This document shows, one piece after another, positions 27,475-40,592 of a stretch of DNA of 64,000 nucleotides (position 1 is its first letter; each line of letters begins with the position of its first letter). The notes under the pieces are model-generated. The model was given only the letters and a program-made list of their open reading frames with translations, searched no databases and had not been told where the DNA came from. The stretch lies in NCBI RefSeq assembly GCF_006345805.1, contig NC_043000.1:42780001-42844000 (forward strand), given 5' to 3'. Source of the DNA: Octopus sinensis. Its lineage: Eukaryota. A program made the translations under genes and the position numbers.

Positions 27475-27499
27475 CGGGCACAGCAAATATTGGATGTCA

Positions 27500-27690
27500 C
27501 TTTCACTTTTCATTACCACACGAGGATAAAGTTAACTCGCAAGTGGCTGAGCACTCCACAGACATATATACCATTAACGTAGTTCTCAGATAGATTCAAC
27601 GTCACACAGAATATAACAAGGCTGGCCGCTTTGAATTAGAGTTGCAACTCATTTTGGCCAGCTGAGTGGACTAGAGCAAGATAAACCTTC
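27500..27690 (-). mobile_element. 3' part of a Deu/Nin-domain-like SINE
   Basis: Minus strand TTGCTCTAGTCCACTCAGCTGGCCAAAATGAGT core; a related core occurs near 46210-46255. Confidence 0.6.
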
Positions 27691-27787
27691 AAGTGGTTGG
27701 AAGAAACAAAAAACGATCCTATATAGGGGCAGGAAAATCTTTCTAGTCGTTAGGGCCACTATGTGTGTTAATCCGGTCCTAACAGCA

Positions 27788-28187
27788 GCATTTGTGGGTC
27801 TCACAGATCTAGAGGCCATGCACTCTTCTTTCCCCCACACCCGGTACTTATTCACCTTCTTTCACAGTTCTTCGTGTATTTTAGTAAGAGGGAAACACCA
27901 TGCTTTTCTTCAGGCAAGTTTACAAACTACAAACAAGCCCTTCCTCCCTTTCATTTTTCTTTCATACAAAAACTAAAGCAAATTTCGAATGGGGTATAAC
28001 TGTGGAAAGAGTCCAGATAGAATAGGTAATACAGCACCCACTACAAAATGGGTGGAGGAGAAAATTGCCAACAGGTGGCTACACTCAATTCAACTCTATA
28101 GTTTAAAGAGTGTATCCTACTATATAATCTCGGGCTGACCAAAGCCACGTGAGTGAATTTGGTAGACGGAAACTGAAAGAAGCCCAT

Positions 28188-28219
<32 letters not shown>

Positions 28220-28621
28220 CGTGACCGTGTTTGTCCTCCCCCTACCATTGCTCGACAACCGATATTGTGCATTCCTATGCCTTAGCTGTTCGGCAGAAGA
28301 GACTGATAGACTGAGCACCGGTCTCATAGGGAATAAGTCCAGTGTTCGATTTCTTCGACTAGAGGGCAGTGTTCCAGCATATTCACCGTCAGGTAACTGA
28401 AACAAGTAAAGGAATAGAAGAATACCAGGTGATCCATGTCACATTCTGTGTGAGGCTGAATCTCACTGTCATTTTTTAGTATAAGCAGTGAAAGCTAAGA
28501 CGAAATAATTGATATTCCGTCGTGTATTCTCCCTCGACTCACGCTTAATTTGATAACAACACCTTGTGCATTGGTGTTTATCTGCGGGCATGACCTCTAG
28601 ATCTGTGAGACCCACAAATGC
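27788..28621. repeat. 34-bp inverted repeat (27788-27821 / 28588-28621), 1 mismatch
   Basis: GCATTTGTGGGTCTCACAGATCTAGAGGCCATGC versus reverse complement of GCATGACCTCTAGATCTGTGAGACCCACAAATGC. Confidence 0.92.
28110..28425 (+). mobile_element. 5'-truncated SINE family B
   Basis: GTGAGTGAATTTGGTAGACGGAAACTGAAAGAAGCCC...AACTGAAACAAGTAAAGGAA. Confidence 0.85.
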
Positions 28622-28699
28622 CTACAGCCTAAAGGGAGATAATAGAGAAAGACTTGTAAGTTAACGTAAGATCGTAATCGTGTAAATTAAGGTAAATAT

Positions 28700-28901
28700 A
28701 AGAAATAATCCAGAATCCTTGTCCAGTACAGGATCGATCTCAAAGTCTAAAAAGTTCGTGGCAGTCACGAGGCCAAACATCTCTCAAAGTTTCATTCGAA
28801 TCCATCCAGTGGTTCTTGAGTTATCTTGTCCACGGGCAAAAAAACAGACAAACAAACGCAACTGAAAACAATACCTCTGCTTTAGCAAAAGCAGAGGTAA
28901 T
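28700..28901 (+). mobile_element. Helentron/DINE-1-like non-autonomous element, 3' end
   Basis: AAAGTTTCATTCGAATCCATCCAGTGGTTCTTGAGTTATC...ACAGACAAACAAAC followed by 12-bp hairpin TACCTCTGCTTT-AGCA-AAAGCAGAGGTA (28872-28899). Confidence 0.65.
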
Positions 28902-28918
28902 GCTACTACTACTACTAT

Positions 28919-28956
<38 letters not shown>

Positions 28957-29113
28957 ACAATAATAATAATAATAATAGTAATAATAATAATAAAAATAAT
29001 AATAATTATTATAACAATAATAATAATAATAATAACAATAATAATAATAATAATAATAATAATAGTCATAGTAATGATAATAATGGTTATGATAATAGTA
29101 ATATTAATAATAA
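28902..29113. repeat. (CTA)n then (ATA)n trinucleotide microsatellite
   Basis: Direct inspection; source of the poly-L/I/S ORFs. Confidence 0.97.
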
Positions 29114-30054
29114 CATCGATGATGCCGTTATTGCTATTGATAGTTTGGTAGAATCGTTGGCACATCTGAGAAAATATTTCTGTGGTATATTTTTTCCTCG
29201 TTGTTTACATACTTGTTTAAAATATCACTGAGATTAACTTAGCCTTTCGTTCTTTTGTTCTTACTAACGTCGTAGTGAATTACAAACACCACTCCACCTA
29301 AAATTGCTAGCTTTGTGTTTAAATTAGAAACCATAGCTATTTCCATTCATTATTATCATATTCAAAACCATCACCACTACAACCACCATCGTCACCAGCA
29401 GTATTATCATCGTGATTCATTATGAATATTTTCGTTCTCATTGCTGTTAATATTTATCGATGAAAATATTTGTAGTTGAGGTCTTTTATTCTTTAGTATC
29501 TTTTTTTTTTCGAAATGTTTGCTTTGTTGTTGTTTGTTAAATACTGATGAAGACTTTCGTTACGTTTGCTGTTGGTGTTGTTGCTGTCACTACTGTTATA
29601 TCATACTACTGAGTCGTCTTGTCCTTGTCATTTTGTCAATTTTCTAGCATGCATACCAGAGTGCAGCATTTGATTTGAAAAGACAATTGATGAAACTACT
29701 GAATATTACAAAAATATGTGATTACGTGTTCAGCAAGACAAACAAGGAGCCACTAAAACACATTGCTTTCTCTTTTAGCTAATTAAGCTTTAAAAATCTC
29801 AATCTAATAACGTGTTATAAAATTTTTAAATTTGTGTGCTTACAAAATGAGAATGTGTATGTATGTATGTATGTATGTTTGTATGTATGTATGTATGTTT
29901 GTATGTATGTATGTATGTATGCATGCATGTATGTATGTATGTATGCATGTATGTATGCAGGCATGCATGTATGTATATATGTATGTATGTATGCATGTAT
30001 GTTAGTATGTAAAATGTATGAATGTATACATGTATTCATATATACAAACATATA

Positions 30055-30300
30055 CTTTCAATTGTTTCAGTCATTTAACTGCGGCATTGCAGGGACACTC
30101 CCTTGAGTGGTTTTTTAGTCGAAAACATCGACCCCGGATCTTATCTTCTTAAAACCTAAAATGCATTTTGTCGGTCTATTTTGCCGAACTGCTAATTTAA
30201 GGGGACATAAACACAACAACACCAGTTGTAAAATGCAGATTCAAAGACAAACACAAACGCACATAAATGGGAAACAAGCTTCTTACCGCACAGCTGTACC
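30055..30300 (-). mobile_element. SINE family B (diverged, internally deleted)
   Basis: TTGTTTCAGTCATTTAACTGCGGC...TTGCCGAACTGCTAA...CTTACCGCACAGC. Confidence 0.75.
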
Positions 30301-30315
30301 TAAGCCTGTATATTA

Positions 30316-31406
30316 CAGGGTGCGTAAGATATTTGAGCAGAGATTTATGTTTATATAAAAAAATAGACAGATATATAATTATAGACAATAACTCTATGTA
30401 TCAAAAAATGGTATGAGAATAAAAATAACCCTTCTTTTCTATAATGTTATTCAATAAAGCCACCTTCAACTTCAACAACTGCTTCTAAATGAGATCTAAA
30501 TCTTCTACACGCTCGACATGCTGGAATCAAGTGGTCCTGGTTACTCTGACTAAGGCAGCTTTCAAAGAATCTTTGGTATTATGGGCGTGTTCATTGACCT
30601 CTCTCTCATTAACGCTCTACATGTAATCATCCAACAGACTAAGATCTGGGGAATTAGGAGGCCAAATATTAGGGGTTATGTAATCATGAAAATTTTCAGC
30701 CATCCATTCTTGTATTACTAGAGCCACGTGTGATAGTGCAGAGTCTTACTGAAATACATATGATCTTCTATTTTATACACTGTCTATCCAAGGCTTAACA
30801 ATCATTTCAAGACCTTGTGGAAAGAAGTAAGTAGGCATCACATATCCTTCATTGCCGACACCCACTAAAACCATGTCAGCTGCAGGAAATTGTGTATGCA
30901 TAACACTTAGAACGTCACAAGGGTCTGCACGTAACCATCTGTCACTTCTTCTGTTAACTTTTTGATCTTGACCGAAGCATTTCTCGTTTGAGAAAAAACA
31001 AATCAAATCTTCTGCTGGACTTTTCAGTCAGTTTCAGAGCCTTTTAGATCTCATGTAATGATTTTCTTTTGCTTTTTCTGACAAATTGACCTTCCTCATC
31101 CTATAAGACGTATATCTGATGTCTTCGTGGACAACATTTCTGACTGCTCCTTCTGACACATGGAGATCTTTTGCAATTGAACTCATTGCCTCTCTGGTCA
31201 ATGGTCTGTTGCACTTTTAACAATCGAAATATTTCTAAATCGCTATGGTCAGCTTTTATAACCACAATGATAGCATGCCTCTTCCTTTTTTGAGTAAGCT
31301 GAGTGTCTGCCATTATTATTTTCTGGAACAAAGATTATACAGATTTAGCTCAAAATACAGCAATGACACAAAAAACGGTATGTCCTCAAATACCTTACAC
31401 AGCCAG
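30316..31406 (-). mobile_element. maT/DD37D mariner-like element (copy 1) with both TIRs
   Basis: TA-CAGGGTGCGTAAGATATTTGAG ... CTCAAATACCTTACACAGCCAG-TA; FFSNEKCF, D-SALSH...WPPNSPDLSLL-D with a 37-residue spacer. Confidence 0.88.
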
Positions 31407-32279
31407 TAGATATATTGTTGCTATTATGTTACACTGTCGTATGTCCAAATTTGACCGAATGCGTATTTTTCAATATTTATTTTTGCTTGCGATAGCCGTT
31501 TCTTTAGGTGAAAAGTATCGTGTCTTCCGCTGCTTCAGATGCTAAAATATCAAAAATTGTCAAAGTGTAGTACAACGGTTTTGGTATGGAATGGTGAAGC
31601 TTTTTGGACTTACGACACTTTTGCATAAGAGCAACGATGCACACACACGCAAGTCAAATATAAGGTTAAAAAATAAAGTTTAAGAAAATACGTGTTAAAC
31701 ACAGTATCGAATCCTTATTTCAGAGTAAGTCCCAGGTCGTTTGTCCGCGGAGCAGGCTCACCACTTGTGACAACTAGGATACATCCATCAGGGTACAAAT
31801 ATTCACGCACCCAGACACATAGAGGACGATAAAATAAGCTTTGAAACTTTGATTTTTCTTTTCAGCGTTAAATGTTCCCCATCCCACTTCCATTGCGCAC
31901 ACACACAAATATTCATGTGACTCATTTTATATATACACACAGAGTTGGAACGCTGTTTGATTTTTTCACCATAGAACTTCCATCACCCCACTATCAAGCT
32001 TGCCTTCGTTACTCATCTACCACCCCTTCGTTTCTCATTCATATGTTGTAACGGAGAAATATACAAGAGTATTATTATAGTAGATGTGGATGGTAAATAA
32101 AATTATACACTTGTCAATGTTCATATACATTCACGGACTTCCCTTGTACACGCACACACACGAAGACATATACTTACACAGAATTGAAATGCTATTTGAT
32201 TTTTCTTTTCAGTGTTGAACGTTCATCATCCCATTTCCATTGCACACACACACATACACACACAAACATTCACCTTCAG

Positions 32280-32378
32280 GTCCATGTATTCATCTGAAGG
32301 AAACGGTTTTTATATAATGATATAATGTGCTCCTTCGTCAATTAAAAAATTTGTTAGAAACGGCCGTAATGGCTGGAC
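32280..32378 (+). ncRNA. Decayed type I hammerhead motif with palindromic GGCC stem III loop
   Basis: GTCCA-TGTATT-CAT-CTGAAGG-AAAC...GTTA-GAAAC-GGCC-GTA-ATG-GC-TGGAC; stem I CAT/ATG extended by GTCCA/TGGAC; A9 replaced by G. Confidence 0.5.
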
Positions 32379-32629
32379 ACCTGTCCTTCAATTGATACTT
32401 ATTTCTTTTTAATTCTCAGAACATGCCCCTCGCGTATTCTGAAGTATATTATGGACTGTATATCTAATAAAATGTACATGTCTGAGTAGCTCAAGAGCGG
32501 ATTATATACTGGGTTTAAATTGACTGCATGCATCACCCGAATATCATTCTACCAGTACTTCTGTACCAAGGTTGGTATTCCGACCTAACTAGGTACCTTA
32601 ATTTCAAATACGCTATTCGACTAAATCTT

Positions 32630-32685
<56 letters not shown>

Positions 32686-32906
32686 TATATATATTGCTTG
32701 TGTGTGTGTGTTTGTGTGTAAATTGATTAGGGTGGGTAGACGCAATTTAAAATCAAAAAGGAAATAATTCACCGTCACTAATTTTGACTAACGGAGCGGG
32801 GAACATCAGCATTGCTAGATATAAACGTGAAAGACTCTTAAGTCACAAGCAGAGCTCATGTTCCATGTACTCAAAAGGGATATAAAACTCCCCACAGCAA
32901 GCGAGA

Positions 32907-32958
32907 GGATAAGATTAGCGCACTATTTTCGCATGAAATTAATGCTCATTAGCGATGC
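32907..32958 (-). ncRNA. Hammerhead motif with G5A core change
   Basis: GCATCG-CTAATGA-GCAT-TAATTTC-ATGC-GAAA-ATAGTGCGCTAA-TC-TTATCC; stem I decayed. Confidence 0.55.
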
Positions 32959-33116
32959 TTACTCCATTTACTTATTGGTTTTAAATTGCCTGAAGCCACC
33001 CCAATTATTTTATAAGTTTTACATTTCCATTTTTCTGAAGCAGCCATTGATTCTTATGATAAATTCTAAAAATTCTGACAAGTGGAATTTTAATTTCACC
33101 ACTAGTAATAGAGTAA

Positions 33117-33168
33117 GTGTCACTGATGAGCATTTAAATCATGCAAAATAAGCGCGCTAATCTGATAC
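33117..33168 (+). ncRNA. Hammerhead motif with G12A core change
   Basis: GTGTCA-CTGATGA-GCAT-TTAAATC-ATGC-AAAA-TAAGCGCGCTAA-TC-TGATAC; 6-bp stem I, 4-bp stem II, near-palindromic stem III, AUC triplet. Confidence 0.7.
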
Positions 33169-33234
33169 TCTCGCATGCTGCGGGGAGTTTTATCTACCTT
33201 GACACTTATTTCTAGTGACGGGGAATTATATATG

Positions 33235-33316
<82 letters not shown>

Positions 33317-35334
33317 GTGTTATTACAACTCTGTGCTCGAGTGCGATATTTGTGTGTCTGAATACAGGAAGCGCATTGTGTGAAAGATATCTGTATGTGC
33401 ACATGCTTTTTTTATATATAAACATACATTCATACACGTCATAATCAATGTGTGATCGAAATTCTGTTCAAATTCATTACATCAAATAAAGTTTCGTTTG
33501 TGTGTGAGCGTCAGGCTACTGTGCCCATAAACCCTCTCATTCAAAATAACGTTAGTCATCACATTTCAACAATTAAATAGTGATAAGATATATTAATCGC
33601 CTATAACATGGCTGCATTTCACTGTTGATATTTGCGTCAGAACACCATGGCACGTATGTACTAAAACTTCATATGTATGTCAACAAAATTATGATTACTT
33701 GGATTAAAACTGCTTTCTAGTGTGATTCCGTAAAGCTATATGATCGTTTATGCCGGTTTCAAATGCATAACGTTTTCTTGGAAGCAGTTGAGGCAAAATA
33801 TATTCACACCGTACTTGAAAATATATATATATGCAGCTGTCTATGTATCTGGATATGAGTAATAATGATTAATTTCATCGACAATGTTCGAAATTACTGA
33901 AGGGTTCTCAGATCTATGTTCCTTGAATTTCCTCCAAATCGGGACTGAGAAATAGAATTTTTCATATGTTACATAACTGACCGAAAATGCTGGTGGTAAT
34001 ATCCTGTGAAAATGTTTACAGTTGCACCAACATAATTCCTGTCAATGGTGTTCATTTTTCCATAGGCACTCGATACATAAGGAGATTCAGGTTAATTTAG
34101 CATGTAAAAGACACGAAAAATTTATATTCTAAATGATTCTTTGTCTTCATTGTATCACCCCGTTTAAGCTCGTTTCGGAAGAAAGGATTCATTGAGTTCA
34201 CAGGTAAATGTATTTTGACTATTAGAAGATCACAGCGTGATTAATATTCGTTTCAAATTTTGGTAGAATGCCTTCAAGGCCGAGGGAGGGATAAGCCGAT
34301 TACATCGACTTCAGTGCTCAACTCATACATTTTTTCGACCCCCATCCTTAGTATTGCAGTATCAAAGTGTTTAACAACATTTATGTGATACTGGGAGGTG
34401 TAGGTTTACTAGGTCTGTGGAAGTTTCTGCCCATGATCGCAGTGACTTTCAAGTTATGAGATGGAATAAAATACATTAGATTCCAGTGCCTGTTTTTTTT
34501 TATTTTATGTGATGTTGTTGGGAGTATTCTCCATGCATATAAACTATTTCTCAATGAAATCACTTCTACCTAACACATTGTTATATTATCGGGTAGTATT
34601 GCTAAACAGTATCTACCCTTGAGCAGATTTTCCTATATCTAAAAGCTGCAATGTTTTCGTAACAGTTGAAGGCTATTACAATTGCTGAGAATGTATATGA
34701 TTGGATTTCTAACCTAAGATTACAATCAGCTATTATATTTATAATTTTGGTTATCGATTATGTTAGAAACAGTTGGTAGATTGAATAAAATCGTCAGAAA
34801 TTTATAATTTCACCATTCACAACATATAGTAAAACATGATGTTCCCAAGTCATCATTTTTTCGTATTATTTATGTATGGGACACTCATATTTTAAAGCTA
34901 ATTCACAAGATCATCCGTACCGGTACCATCATATCTCCAAAAGGTGCCATAAGGTGTTCGTTTATCTTTACGCAAAACGTATATTCAAGGTATAAATAAA
35001 CAGTAATCACGCTGATTGTAATATATATTTACTAAGTTATATATATATATAATGCACGTATGTATGAATGAACATATGGTATGTATGTATGCACATATGT
35101 ATGTGTGCCTGTAGTTAGACAGAGATGAGAGTAACAGATAGAGACAGATAGAGAGAAATGGAGTAGAGATTGACGTGTTGAACAACAGGAAATTACATGG
35201 GATTTTGTGTGCAGGGACATTCTGTCAGCTGCTAAACGCAGCAAGAAAATATCCAACTCTCTAGGGCGGCAGTACTTATATACTTCTACAGTTGTGTGAG
35301 TGAGTGAGCGTATTTATATCGATATCTATATCTA

Positions 35335-35376
<42 letters not shown>

Positions 35377-35603
35377 ATAAGATACATAGATAGGTAGATA
35401 GATAGATAGACAGATAGAAACAGACAGATATATACAGGTATATATACATACACACACGCATATATCAAAATAAAAAAAAGATATATGTGTATATATGTGC
35501 GTGTGTATATATATATGCATACACATATTCATGCACACATATATTAATGCGTGTGTCTGCGCATATATACATATGAATATATATATATATATATATATAC
35601 ACT

Positions 35604-35648
<45 letters not shown>

Positions 35649-36138
35649 GCATATATTCATGCACACACACACATATCTATATCTATGTCTATCTGACTAT
35701 CAATCTATCTATATATGCATATATATATATACATGTATATATGATCATGTATATCATGTATATAAACTTGTGTGTACCGATGGCTCTATCTATATATGTA
35801 TATGTACGAAGGTATGCACGTATTATTACAGGTTGGTATACATACATAAATATGTGTGTGGGTGTGTGGCTGTGGGATGGTGGGTATTTGTATGTTTGTG
35901 TATGTATGCGTGTGCGTATGCGTGGGTGTGTGTGTACATCCCATACATACATAATTACGCATGCAATACATATTGCAGATATAGATACGCATGTAGTATA
36001 GAATGCTTGATAAATCATTCGAAGGAAGAAAGATGCATCGCATTGATACAGTGCTTGAAAATCAATAGTCAATTAGCCTCATTCAAATCGAAAAATTGCC
36101 TGCTAAGATTTGTTTTATGTATAATATCTATGTATGCC

Positions 36139-36264
<126 letters not shown>

Positions 36265-36672
36265 TATATATATGTATGTATGTATATAGTATGATATGAT
36301 ATAATATAATATAATATATATATATATATCCATGTTTTTATTTACTGATTCCCGTGAGAAGCAGTTGCCGTTCTATTCGCCACTTCATCATTTCCGATAT
36401 ATGCCTACTTAAATCTAATTAAAAATAATTCTTAACGATTATCATGCCTTCTTCCTCATGCAAGCACCCTTCTATGCACTATATACTTCAGTCAGCAATC
36501 TGAAGTTTGGACAATTTCTTCCGGAATATCTTCTAATTAGTAACATATTATTAATGTGCATCGATAATGATTAAATCAAATACTTGTAAGGTTATACAGA
36601 TGAATATTGACATTTTTACATATATACATATACATATATTTGTGCATATATAAATACAGATATATATATACA

Positions 36673-36715
<43 letters not shown>

Positions 36716-37849
36716 TATATATATATACATACATACATACATATATATACACCATCACACACCTATACATGCACACATACACATTTTTAACGCAATTTGC
36801 ATGCAATATTTATCGAAAGATTTAGAAGTACATGTAATTTTTTCGCATTAATATTTGTATTGTGTGCTTTGTTCGTTATTTATTTATGAATATTGAAACG
36901 CACAGTTTTGCTACTGTTTGTCTTTTTATAATTTTCTGGTTTGGGATTATGTTTTCCCATTAAATTCAACAAATTTTGGAAAGAAGAAAATGTTTATTTT
37001 TTAAATAACAAATTTCGAGCAATGTTTGAGAAAACTGATGCAAATATACTTTTTTTTATATCCCAAACAATGAAAAAATAAATATTTTCAACTGATAATT
37101 TTTCAAAACTGTGGAAAAGAAACACATCAGACACAAAACCAAATACGTTCTTTTTATGTTTTAATCAAACAGGAGCAAATTTGTAGAAAACATATTTGTA
37201 GAAAACATAACAACTACAACTAGAGTAATATTAATATAACAAAAATAATTTAAATGTTTATATCAAAATGGCAGTCGATTTGCAAATAAACTTTTTAAGG
37301 AAATTAACATTTCGCTATATGTGTATATAAATTCATATAGTTTGCATAAATATTTTTTTTTTGAAATCTTCCTCTTTCATTTTTCCATTTATCTATGGTA
37401 TTATATGCATGTGCGTGCGTTCTGTGCTTATGAATGTATATTATGCTCATATCTGTGTGTGTACGTGTGTGTGTATGTACAGTGTACACATATAATACAC
37501 ACATACACACACAAGTATACATATTCACATGCATAAATTTATGTATGTCGAAGAAGTCTTTTAGATATATAATAGTAGGTTTAAGGTGTAATTTTATACG
37601 AAAAATTGCTATTCCCATATACATGATATAAGCAGGTATTGTCTTTAGAGCTGTTTCACTCTATCAGTGTATGCTTCATATAACAACACGTATTAGGAAA
37701 ACAGTCGGAATGCTGGGGCAAAATTACTCATAAACATAAAAGCAAACGTAGTACCAAGCAAGGCGAATTTTGAGAGCGAGCATCCTCCTGTGGTGAATTC
37801 ACATTTTCGTCACAAGATGAAGGACACGTACCTCAGGAGAGCAAGTGTC

Positions 37850-38560
37850 TATAAAAGCATTAAATTAAGTTGCGAGAAAGAATTACTTGAGATGTTGTTG
37901 TGAGTGGTACAGCGGTAGCTATGAAGATGGGAAAACTCGAAGGGAAGAGTAGTTACGTACCTAAGGCGAAGAGAATTTATTTTGAGTGGGTACGAGTATA
38001 ACTGATGGAGTGAGTACCCTATGGTAGGCATGGATGTTGGAAAGAAGTTATGGAAAAATTACAACCGAAAAGAAAAGACAAGGTTGTACTGTGGGTGAGA
38101 GAAACTGGGATGGAAAATGAAAGCATACATACACCTAATTAGAGTACTTAGATAAGGACTGTATGATATAGAAATAAAGTAAAAAGTAATAGTTATGTAA
38201 TGGGGAGAGGTAACATGGCAAGGAATATGACGACAAGCTTCTAACTAGAATTATTAATAAGCCATCATATTCCTTTTCCTGTCACCACGTCCCTTTGCAG
38301 AACACATGATATTTGACTAGATTGCTAATTGTAATAAATGCGGGGAGAGAGAAGAGAAGGAAGAAAATGTGAGATCAATTCAGGTCTGAAACCAAAGCTT
38401 AAATTTTGAGCATTTCCAGATATAGTTCGAAAGAAGGGCGTTCCACAGTCTACGAAGCTAAGTAGAAGTGTACAAAACAGATGTTAGAGTGAAAATTGGT
38501 CTAAAGAAAAATCGAAAAGAAGAACCAAAGACAAAAATGTATCAGTTATTCTGGGATTAA
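37850..38560 (-). mobile_element. Possible very old LINE (CR1-Zenon/Jockey-like) remnant
   Basis: Strand-biased composition and weak resemblance to a LINE C-terminus; no clean motif. Confidence 0.3.
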
Positions 38561-39199
38561 CGATTTACGGGAAGTAAAAAAAAAAGATATATTCTCGATT
38601 TTTGTCTTTCTTCTACCTGACTTTTCTACTTCTTGTCTACCTCACTCTGATAAAGTTGGAATTTAAGAATATGATTTCTTTGTGCACTGCTTGCTGACTA
38701 TCTTTCCCTTGCTTTTACTTGCATATTATCACCCATAAGAAACTTTCGTATCTTGTATAATTCATATTCATACACACACAAACATATAACTAGTATTTTA
38801 GTTTTATGTATAATGCTTATATATACCTACATTTATATACAGATAAATATGTATACACGTAATAATACATACATTAATGTATGTTTATATGTTTGTGTGT
38901 GTTATTTAAAGAAATAGTGAAATAGAGTGAGATATAGAAACAAAGAAAGGAAAAAATGTAATGGTAAAATAATAGATTATTTAGAGAGATGACATTTAAA
39001 AGTTTGCAATAGATTTTACTAGTAAGTCATCATAGGTAATCAACACAACAACAATATAATCATACACATTCATAACCAAACCCATAAAAGTGTAGTTATG
39101 TGTCGAGTACATATGTTGCCAAATAACTGTATATTTATACATACACACACAAACACACATGTGTGTATGAGTGTGAGGTGTATGCATGTATACATTGCT

Positions 39200-39440
39200 T
39201 CTTTCTTTAGTCTGGTACTTATAGATCAAACTCATCAGTAAGACAAAGTGAAACAGACACACACATACACACACATATACAATAAGCTTCTTTGAGTTAC
39301 CATCTCTCAAACTCAGTCAGAAAGCTTTGAGCGATCCGAAGCTAGAGTAGAAGGCAATTGCTCAAGTTACTATATAGAGGGACTGAACTTGAAACCGTGT
39401 GGCTGGGAGGCAAAATCCTTACGACTCAGCCGTGCCTAAG
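39200..39440 (-). mobile_element. SINE family B, 5' half, diverged
   Basis: GGGACTGAACTTGAAACCGTGTGGCTGGGAGGCAAAATCCTTACGACTCAGCC. Confidence 0.7.
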
Positions 39441-39517
39441 TATGCATACATACACACACAAAAATATATGCACTCAAGGATCTGTACACGTTACTGTGTT
39501 ACTCAGGCACACACACA

Positions 39518-39548
<31 letters not shown>

Positions 39549-39789
39549 TTCATGCACACGCACACACACATATGTAGTTGATACTCTGTCTTTTCAAATA
39601 CTCCTCATCTTCCTCTCTTTCCATTATACGAAAAAGAACTACGTCAGAAACTTTAACAACATTCATATATCTATCTATCTATCTATCTATCTCTATATAT
39701 GTATATATATATATATAGCTATAGATGCGTGCGTGTGTTTGTGTGTGTGTCTTTGTGTGTGTGTGTGTGTGTATGCGTGCCTACGTAAG

Positions 39790-39827
<38 letters not shown>

Positions 39828-39921
39828 ATATGGACAGAAAGATATATATTATACTTTGCCAAGTACACTTATATGCACACCATCCCACGCATGCACGCAC
39901 ACACACACCATCCCACGCATG

Positions 39922-39965
<44 letters not shown>

Positions 39966-40241
39966 TTCATATTTACAAACATATATACAAACCTAAAGCA
40001 AAAAAAATGCAAAAATATAAATAATAAACCGCCAAAGTATTAAACTTTTTGCGAAGATGACATTTCCAACTTCAGAAAATATTGAATTGATAGATACCAT
40101 TAATAAGTCATCATTTGTATTAACCGAGAAAGAAACCATATTATAAAGACGCTGAAACGTGTGGCGTAACTATGACTATAGTAAATATGTAAATAATTTG
40201 TACAACGTTCAATTAATATATACAAGTATATACTTGTGTGC

Positions 40242-40302
<61 letters not shown>

Positions 40303-40546
40303 CATATATATATATATACATACATACATACATATATATATATATATAGATATATATAAACGTACAGATATGTGTAAATGCATGTTTGTGTCAATGTGTA
40401 TGGATATGTGATGTGCATTACTACGTTTTATGTAAACCAATATTTGCTTAAGTATATAACCATATTTGGATCTCTGTAAAAGGATACACAGTTAATTGTA
40501 ATTGTAGTAATATATGTGTGTGTCTATATCTCTATGTGTATGTATG

Positions 40547-40592
<46 letters not shown>

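Larger units (their letters stand above)
32882..33193. repeat. ~83-bp inverted repeat (32882-32964 / 33111-33193), each arm carrying a hammerhead motif
   Basis: Reverse complement of the right arm aligns along the left arm (ATAAAACTCCCC...GATTAGCGC...ATGCTCAT...CTTACTC). Confidence 0.9.

Noticed and set aside
38873-38992. Second C-poor stretch
   Set aside because: Shorter, contains a C, and is made of low-complexity TG/GA-rich sequence, unlike 51238-51403
39200-39244. Minus-strand CTGATGA plus GTTTG/CAGAC hairpin
   Set aside because: Followed by TAAA instead of GAAA, no stem I or III, and lies in a decayed SINE
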